Assembly: GCA_050115495.1 (NCBI GenBank)
Contig: JASFQK010000002.1
Span: 96,001 to 160,000, forward strand
DNA from: Phycisphaerae bacterium
Lineage (GTDB): Bacteria; Planctomycetota; Phycisphaerae; UBA1845; Fen-1342
Length of the DNA stretch: 64,000 nucleotides
Direction of reading: 5' to 3'
Each line of letters starts with the position of its first letter. The stretch's first letter is position 1. The position numbers were made by a program, and so were the translations under genes. The notes below the pieces were generated by a model. That model made no database searches. It was not told the DNA's origin and was given only the letters and a program-made list of their open reading frames with translations. Shown here one piece after another: positions 57,537 through 64,000 of the stretch.

Positions 57537-57648
57537 ACGCGGGCGTGCCCGAGCACAAAGGGCGGCGCACGCCACGGGGACGCGCGCCGCCAACTTACTC
57601 CCGGGCGGGAAGGGTCCACCCAGGCCCGGGAAGAGACGGTTGTCTCGA

Positions 57649-60600
57649 TCACGGACGGGCCGCCGGCGTGGTCGCCGACTCCGTCGGGGTCTGCAACGCC
57701 TGCTCGAAGGCCTCGATGTCCTGCACGTCGAGCCAGCCGTCGCCGTTCAGATCCGCCGCCGCGAACTCGCCTTGACCGGTGGCCCGCAGCTCGGCGAGAG
57801 AGATGGCCAGGATGGGCTGGTCACCGCCGAAGGCGCCGAGCAGGCAGCAGTCCGGCTCGCAGAGAGCCAGGAAGTTGTTGCGGAAGTAGGTGAAGTCCTC
57901 CTGCCAGACGACGCCGTTGCCGCTGAAGTCGGCGTGGAAACGCGGCGGCGCGGCATGGGGATCCCACATGCCGCACGGCGTGTTCCCATCGTCGACGCCG
58001 TCGCCGTTGCTGTCGAAGTGTGTGCCCGACAGGCAGACGAACACGCCATAGTCGCGCACGTCGATCACGCAGTCACCGTTGGCGTTTCCGCTGATCAGCA
58101 GCTTGTCGGCGGTGACGAAGTCGGCGCGGTACATGCCGTCCTGGAGGCCGAAGTCGGGCGCGCTCAACGTGCGGCGGACCGTATGCAGCGGGTCGCGGGC
58201 GGTGATGCACGTGTAGTCGCCGGCAGGGATGTCCGTGAGCACGGCGTGGGCCAGGCCGACCGTGTGCGAGCCGTCTCCGCTATCGACGAAGGTGAGCATC
58301 GCCTCGTACTCGACCGGCGGCAGCTCGGGCATGTCGCAGTTCCACAGCTCGAAGAGGAGACAGCGGTCGAGCATGCCCTCGGTGGGGATGTTGACCTGCA
58401 TTTCGATGGTCACTTCGAGGGCGGAGAGATCGACGATCACGACGTCGAAGGTGCAGATGGTGGTGTTGCCGGCCGCGTCCCCGGCGGTGTACGTCACGGT
58501 GTTCGTGCCCATCTCGAAGAAGTCGCCGGGGCTGTGCGTGCTCTCCCAGACGGTGACGCCGCAATTGTCGGTCGCGTTGGGCTCGGTCCAGGTGATGATG
58601 GCGCCCATCTCGCCGGGATCGGGACCGCGGACGATGTCCTGCGGGCAGCCCTCGATGAGCGGGGCCTCGACGTCGCTGATGGTCACGAGGAACGTCTGCG
58701 GATCTGATTCGAGCTGGCACGCATCGCGGGCAACGGCCTGGACCGTCGTTTCCCCGACCGGGAACTCGTACGGGTTGGTGATGGGCTCGTCGAAGACGCC
58801 CGAGCCCGGCTCACTCTCGATCGCGTAGAGGACTTCGGGATCGGCCGTGCAGTTGTCGGTCGCGGTGACCGCGAGTGTGAGGACGGCGCCGCACAGGCCC
58901 GTGTCGTTGTCGGCGCTCAGCGGCGGACAGGTGCCCAGGATTGGCGGCGTAGTGTCCTGAACGTTGATGAGCTGCGTCACCGTCGTTGTGTTGTCGCAGG
59001 CGTCGGTGGCGGTCCAGGTGCGGGTGATCGTGTACTCGTCCGGGCAGGAGCCGGGCGTGATCGACTGGCCGTCGTAGGTGGCCGCCTGCACCTCCGGGTC
59101 GCAGGCGTCCGACGCCGGGAGCGTCGCCGGCGCGTCGGGGATCGCGTCGCATTCGACGGTCGTGTCGGCGGGCGGATCATCGACCTGCGGTCCGATCGTG
59201 TCGATCACGCCGATGAGCTGGACCTGTGTGCACTCGAGATCACACTCGTCCGTGACGCGCCACGTGCGCGTGATGACGTACGTGCCGCCGCAGCCGGGTT
59301 CGATCTCGTCGCTGTGCGTGATCGTCACGTCGCCGCAGGTGTCGGCGCCGGTCGGCGTGCCGGTGTCGCCGGGTTCATCGGGGCATTGCACGACGGCGTC
59401 GGGCGGGAAGCTGGTGAAGGTGGGTGGCGTTGTGTCGCTGACGCCGATGAGCTGTGCTCGCTCGGTGAAGTTGCCGCAGTCATCCGTGACACGCCAGGTG
59501 CGGGTGGTGGTGTACGTGTCGCCGCAACCCTGGACGGTTTCGTCCACGTGCGTGATGGTCACGTCACCGCAGCCGTCGCGGCCGGTGGGCGCGCCGGTAT
59601 CGCCCGGCTCGTTGGGGCACTCGACCAGCACGTCCTCCGGGAAGCTGGTGAACGTGGGCGCCGTGGTGTCCTCGACGGTGATCACCTGGTCCTGCTCGCG
59701 GAAGAGCCCGCATTCGTCCTCGATATGCCAGGTGCGAGTGATGATCCCGGTCAGGCCGCAGCCGGGCTCGACATCGTCACTGTAGGTGATCGTGACGTCG
59801 CCGCAGGTGTCGTGGCCGGTCGCGGTGCCGGTGGCCCACGGACTCGTCGGCGAGCCGCACTCGACGGTCCGGTCGGGCGGGAAATCGTCCCACTGTGGGG
59901 TGGTCGTGTCCCGGATGACGATTATCTGGTCGCGTTCGGCGACGTTCTCGCATTCATCCTCGATGTGCCAGGTGCGGGTGATGATCCCGGTCAGGCCGCA
60001 GCCGGGCTCGACGTCGTCACTGTAGGTGATGGTGACGTCGCCGCAGGTGTCGTGGCCGGTCGGCGTGCCCGTCGCCGACGGGTCGGTGGCTGAGCCGCAC
60101 TCGATGGTCCGGTCGGGCGGGAAATCGTCCCACTGCGGGTCGGTCGTGTCCTGGACGATGATCTGCTGCACGCGCTCGACGAAGTTGCCGCAGGCGTCCT
60201 CGGCTCGCCAGGTACGGTGGATCGTTCCCGTATTGCCGCAGCCGGGGATGATCTCGTCACTGTAGGTGAGGGTGGGCGTGCCGCAATCATCGCTGGCGGT
60301 CGGCGTGCCCGTCTCGCCCGGCTCGGCGGGGCATTCGACGATGACGTCCTCGGGGAACGTGTCGAAGGTGGGCGCCGTGTTGTCCTCGATGGTGATGAGC
60401 TGCGTGCAGGATGCATAGTTGCCGGCGCCGTCGGTGACGCCGTACGTGCGTTCGATGACCAGCGGGTCACCGGCGCAGCCGCTGCCGCCGTTGCTGGTCT
60501 CATTTTCGAGCGTGAAGGTCGGATCGCCGCAGTACGACGAGCCGGCGTCGTAGAACGTTCCACCCTGCGCTTCGAACTCCGCCGTGGTCGTCGCCGCCGG

Positions 60601-61311
60601 CGGCAGGTCCACGAGGCAGGAGATCACGAGCGTCGGCGGGCACGTGACCTCGGGCGGCGTGGCGTCGATGTAGATCTGCGTGTATTCGAGGTAGGCCGAG
60701 TAGTTCTGGAACTCCGGGTCGTAGAACCGGGTCCACGGCGGCGGGAAGCGGAAGGCGACCGTGGCCGGTCCCTCCTCCTGGGCGGCGGTGAAGGTTAGCG
60801 TCACAAGGTCGGCATCTTCCTGCGTGGGCGACTGGTCACTGGTGACGGCCGCCCCGAGTTGCAGGTACTCGCCGGAAGGACCATATGGCTCGATGGGGGT
60901 GAACGCCGGCAGGCCGTAGGGCGTCGGTGTGTACGCGCCCTCGACGAAGGTCAGGCGTGTCGGATCGAAGATAAGATAGGCGAAGTAGCCCTGCATCGGG
61001 CGCGACAGGCACTCTTGCGCAAGCACGACCGTCACGGTGTCGCCCGGACGTACACAGGGTGAGCCGTTGCCGTTCATGGATAGGCGTAGCGTGTTCGGCT
61101 CGCACTCGCGGCCGGCCGGCCGCACGCCCGGGGGAATGAGATGCTGCACGAAGGCAGCGCCGGTCGCCGGGTCGGGATTTGGCGGCTCCGGGAGATCGGC
61201 TGACGCCGGGACTGGCGTCGCTACGACACACAGCAGAGCCATCGTGAGCAGGATTGCAGGAAGGCCCGCGGTCTCGCCGCGTTTTCGGGGGGGAGTCAGT
61301 GGCAGGTACAT
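57649..61311 (-). CDS. Large secreted protein: cohesin-like N-domain, HYR-like Cys-containing repeats, C-terminal module with dockerin/EF-hand-like motifs
   Basis: Signal peptide; GDTVTV..FDPTRLTF..LVTLTF; about 8 DTT.P..C..TRTW repeats; GNANGDCVIDVRD, ADLNGDGWLDVQD. Confidence 0.85.
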   Translation of the reverse strand: MYLPLTPPRKRGETAGLPAILLTMALLCVVATPVPASADLPEPPNPDPATGAAFVQHLIPPGVRPAGRECEPNTLRLSMNGNGSPCVRPGDTVTVVLAQECLSRPMQGYFAYLIFDPTRLTFVEGAYTPTPYGLPAFTPIEPYGPSGEYLQLGAAVTSDQSPTQEDADLVTLTFTAAQEEGPATVAFRFPPPWTRFYDPEFQNYSAYLEYTQIYIDATPPEVTCPPTLVISCLVDLPPAATTTAEFEAQGGTFYDAGSSYCGDPTFTLENETSNGGSGCAGDPLVIERTYGVTDGAGNYASCTQLITIEDNTAPTFDTFPEDVIVECPAEPGETGTPTASDDCGTPTLTYSDEIIPGCGNTGTIHRTWRAEDACGNFVERVQQIIVQDTTDPQWDDFPPDRTIECGSATDPSATGTPTGHDTCGDVTITYSDDVEPGCGLTGIITRTWHIEDECENVAERDQIIVIRDTTTPQWDDFPPDRTVECGSPTSPWATGTATGHDTCGDVTITYSDDVEPGCGLTGIITRTWHIEDECGLFREQDQVITVEDTTAPTFTSFPEDVLVECPNEPGDTGAPTGRDGCGDVTITHVDETVQGCGDTYTTTRTWRVTDDCGNFTERAQLIGVSDTTPPTFTSFPPDAVVQCPDEPGDTGTPTGADTCGDVTITHSDEIEPGCGGTYVITRTWRVTDECDLECTQVQLIGVIDTIGPQVDDPPADTTVECDAIPDAPATLPASDACDPEVQAATYDGQSITPGSCPDEYTITRTWTATDACDNTTTVTQLINVQDTTPPILGTCPPLSADNDTGLCGAVLTLAVTATDNCTADPEVLYAIESEPGSGVFDEPITNPYEFPVGETTVQAVARDACQLESDPQTFLVTISDVEAPLIEGCPQDIVRGPDPGEMGAIITWTEPNATDNCGVTVWESTHSPGDFFEMGTNTVTYTAGDAAGNTTICTFDVVIVDLSALEVTIEMQVNIPTEGMLDRCLLFELWNCDMPELPPVEYEAMLTFVDSGDGSHTVGLAHAVLTDIPAGDYTCITARDPLHTVRRTLSAPDFGLQDGMYRADFVTADKLLISGNANGDCVIDVRDYGVFVCLSGTHFDSNGDGVDDGNTPCGMWDPHAAPPRFHADFSGNGVVWQEDFTYFRNNFLALCEPDCCLLGAFGGDQPILAISLAELRATGQGEFAAADLNGDGWLDVQDIEAFEQALQTPTESATTPAARP
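59709..60151 (-). repeat. Near-identical 240-bp intragenic tandem duplication (80-aa units)
   Basis: 59709-59911 matches 59949-60151 over long exact runs. Confidence 0.9.
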
Positions 61312-61525
61312 GGCTGTCGGTCCTCGCTTCGTTTTGTTCGCCGGCAGGCACGCGGCATTACGCGTGGCCCAGCGGCGAACCGCCGGCGGGAGTGGTCAGA
61401 GAATGACCACCCCGGCCCTTGGCCGGCGGCCAACGGCGCGACCCGGCACCGTCGGCATGTCCTCCGTTCCCATTTAGCGACCGGCCTGCGCCGCCGGGGC
61501 GGTCGGCCGGTGCCGTCGCGCCGGG

Positions 61526-64000
61526 TCAATCGCCCGGCACGGTCGATCCCTTCGGGTGGTCCTCGATGATCAGGGGCCCGGCGCCGTCGGCGAAGGCCTC
61601 GAGGTCCAGGCGATCCAGGCGGCCGTCGCCGTTCAAGTCGGCGATGGCCAGCTCTTCCAGCCCCAGGACCTGCAGGTCGAAGACGGAGATGGACTCCAGC
61701 GGCGCGTCGAACCAGTGCGCGCTCATGTTGAACGTCTGGCAGCAGTTCACGTCGGACCACACCAGGAAGTTGACGCGTACGTACTCGAAGTCCTCACGCC
61801 AGGCGCAGCCGTTGCTGCTGAAGTCAGCGTGGTAGCGGGCCGGCTGGGCGTGCGGATCCCACATACCGCACGGCGTGTTGCCGTCGTCGACGCCGTCGCC
61901 GTCGCTGTCGTAGTGCGGGTGCGACATCTCACAGACGAGGATGCCGTAGTCGCGGATGTCGATGTAGTTGTCGTCGTTGCCATTGCCGCCCAGCAGCACG
62001 TTGGCGGGGCCGACGAACTCCGCCGCGTAGTGGTCGCCTTCGACGGCCAGGTCGACCGTGCGGCGAATGGTGTGCAGCTTATCGCGGGCGGTGATGCAGT
62101 TGAACGCGCCGCACGGCGCGTCGGGCAGCAGGGCCTCGGCGATGGCCACCGTGTGCGTGCCGTCGCCGGAATCGACGAACGTGAGCATGGTTTCGTAGAT
62201 TTCGGGCTGCGGGTTTGGCTCGTCGCAGTTCCACAGTTCGAAGGTGATGCAGCGGTCGACTGTGTCGTTCGGCTCGCCGGCGCAGGCCACCTGCATGGCC
62301 ACGCGGACGCGCAGCGGCGTGTAGGGCGCTACATCGACGTAGAACGTGCAGTCCGTCTGGTTGCCGGCGCGGTCCTCCGCCGTATACGTCACCGGCGTGA
62401 CCCCGGCCTCGAACCAGTCGCCGGGCGAGTGCGTGGACGACACGCCCATCAACTCGCAGTCGTCCGTCGCCTGCGGCTCGGTCCAGGTGACGTACGCCCC
62501 GCACTGCCCCGGCAGCGGTGTCGCGTTGATCGTGTCAAAGGGTTCCTCGGCGGTGGCTTCCACCGGCGGGCAGGGATAACCGGGAACGTCGAACGCCGGC
62601 GGAACGTTGTCCACCACCGTCACGTAGAAGATGCACTGCTCGGACTCGTTGCCGGCACCGTCCAGCGCCCGGTAGATCACCGGCGTCGAGCCGACCGGGA
62701 AGATCTCACCCGGGTTGTGGTTCGTCTGCCAGTCGGTCACGCTGCAATTGTCGGTCGCCGTCGGCAGCGGCCAGAACACCTGCGCCTCGCACGCCCCCGG
62801 CGGATCCTGCGGGACGACGACGTCCTCCGGGCAGGTGACGATTTCCGGCGCCTCGGTATCGCGCACCGTGACCTGGAACGTGCAGGGCAGCACCGAGGGC
62901 TGGCCGGTCGAGTCGAACGCTTCGACCGTGACCGTCGTCGTGCCGACCAGGAAGAAGTGCGGACTGGTGATCTCGTTGAAGCCGATGCGGTAGCGGATGA
63001 TCACGCCCGGGGCGTCGTCGCAGGCCCAGGCCTCGAAGGCCACCTCGGCCCCACACTCGTCCGGGTCGTTCGGGTACTCATCGACCCAGTTGTCGACCCA
63101 CGTCTCACGCCACTGCTCGTAATCGCCGGAGGGATACCATGTTTCGTCGCAGCCCGTGCAGCCGGCGTTGCCGGGGCAGCAGATGACGGGCCGCTCGTTC
63201 TCGATGACGACCTCGAAGATCAGCTCGGCCGTTCCGCGCGACTCGTCCGAGGCCACGGCCTTCACCAGCGTGGCGACGTCCTGCGGGAACAGGTGAGGCA
63301 GATCGCGCGGCAGGGAAACGTCGAAGACGCCCGGCGAGCTCTCCAGCCAGTAGGTGATCGGTTGCAGGAACTCGGCGCAGTTGTCGATCGCCGAGATGCA
63401 GTCGGCTTCACCGCCACCGCCGCACTCGAAATCGACGGACGGCGTGAGCCACGCCCCATCGTTCGGCGGCTCCGGCGGGAAGGTGAAGCGCTCCGGACCG
63501 GAGATCACCGGCGGCTGCTCGTCGCCGATCTCGACCGTGAACGTGCAGGTGGGGCTCGCGTTCTCGCAGTCGTCGATCGCTTCGGCCTGGACGGTCGCCG
63601 TCCCCACGTCGAACACGTGCGGGCTGGTGATGGGCTGGTCGTCGATGAAGAAGTGGACGTCGGGATCGGCGTCGCAATCGTCATGGGCCTCGACGAGCGC
63701 CAGGAGATCGACGCTGGCGCTGCACACGTCGGGGTCGTTGGCTTGGTACAGGTCGTCGCATTCCAGCGTCGGCGGCCTCGTGTCCTCGATCGTGAACGTC
63801 GCGGAGAGGGACTCTGCGCTGTTGTCGCACTGATCCGTCGCCCAGAACGTGACTAGCACGTGCTTCGCCTCGCCGCAGTCGACGACCCAGTGCGACGGAT
63901 CGAAGTCGTTGTGCCACTCCGCCGGCGGGCTGCACGTGTCGGACGCCTGTGGGGCATTGAGCCATTCGTCGAACTCGGCCGGGTTCACATCGCCGTTGCA
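61526..64000 (-). CDS. Large HYR-domain protein, partial (5' end beyond window), sharing its C-terminal module with the 57649-61311 protein
   Basis: HYR repeats (F.VG.T.V.Y.A.D.AGN..C.F.V.V); DRCITFELWNCD..TFVDSGDG..CITARD; ADLNGDGRLD; frame open to the window edge. Confidence 0.85.
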   Translation of the reverse strand, partial: CNGDVNPAEFDEWLNAPQASDTCSPPAEWHNDFDPSHWVVDCGEAKHVLVTFWATDQCDNSAESLSATFTIEDTRPPTLECDDLYQANDPDVCSASVDLLALVEAHDDCDADPDVHFFIDDQPITSPHVFDVGTATVQAEAIDDCENASPTCTFTVEIGDEQPPVISGPERFTFPPEPPNDGAWLTPSVDFECGGGGEADCISAIDNCAEFLQPITYWLESSPGVFDVSLPRDLPHLFPQDVATLVKAVASDESRGTAELIFEVVIENERPVICCPGNAGCTGCDETWYPSGDYEQWRETWVDNWVDEYPNDPDECGAEVAFEAWACDDAPGVIIRYRIGFNEITSPHFFLVGTTTVTVEAFDSTGQPSVLPCTFQVTVRDTEAPEIVTCPEDVVVPQDPPGACEAQVFWPLPTATDNCSVTDWQTNHNPGEIFPVGSTPVIYRALDGAGNESEQCIFYVTVVDNVPPAFDVPGYPCPPVEATAEEPFDTINATPLPGQCGAYVTWTEPQATDDCELMGVSSTHSPGDWFEAGVTPVTYTAEDRAGNQTDCTFYVDVAPYTPLRVRVAMQVACAGEPNDTVDRCITFELWNCDEPNPQPEIYETMLTFVDSGDGTHTVAIAEALLPDAPCGAFNCITARDKLHTIRRTVDLAVEGDHYAAEFVGPANVLLGGNGNDDNYIDIRDYGILVCEMSHPHYDSDGDGVDDGNTPCGMWDPHAQPARYHADFSSNGCAWREDFEYVRVNFLVWSDVNCCQTFNMSAHWFDAPLESISVFDLQVLGLEELAIADLNGDGRLDRLDLEAFADGAGPLIIEDHPKGSTVPGD

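Noticed and set aside
344..63856. Many long antisense or alternate-frame ORFs (e.g. 344-1573, 4701-6770, 28049-29983, 38473-40497, 47617-49482, 61556-63856)
   Set aside because: Shadow ORFs of well-supported genes, expected at high GC; they carry no motifs

Overview
High-GC (roughly 65-70%, by eye) bacterial chromosome segment, most likely Planctomycetota/Phycisphaerae, inferred from PEP-CTERM, dockerin-like/HYR secreted proteins, S/T-Q-P linkers and a planctomycete-type inverted repeat. It holds about 50 ordinary CDSs. Housekeeping genes include tdh-kbl, gpmI, rpsT, tyrS, asnS, secDF, rnr, mnmE, metG and an orphan sdhC. It also has a MarR + mannosylfructose/sucrose-phosphate-synthase-like + glycoside hydrolase + PfkB osmolyte cluster and several large secreted cohesin/dockerin/HYR/BACON/beta-helix proteins. 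I saw no rRNA, tRNA, CRISPR or transposase. Four things stand out. (1) An unannotated tandem array of four ~400-bp self-contained minus-strand units at 40641-42109. Each has a sigma70-like promoter, a shared leader hairpin with covariation, an SD, a 26-36 aa Trp-rich hydrophobic peptide and a long terminator; the layout resembles Ldr/Ibs type I toxin arrays. (2) A TM-anchored ORF ending in TGPP directly upstream of secDF, whose last codons base-pair with the secDF leader; this is a candidate translation-arrest monitoring peptide. (3) A promoter-to-terminator sRNA candidate between rnr and mnmE. (4) A non-cellulosomal cohesin/dockerin set that includes a cohesin-PEP-CTERM anchor. All calls come from reading motifs by eye; no database searches were run.
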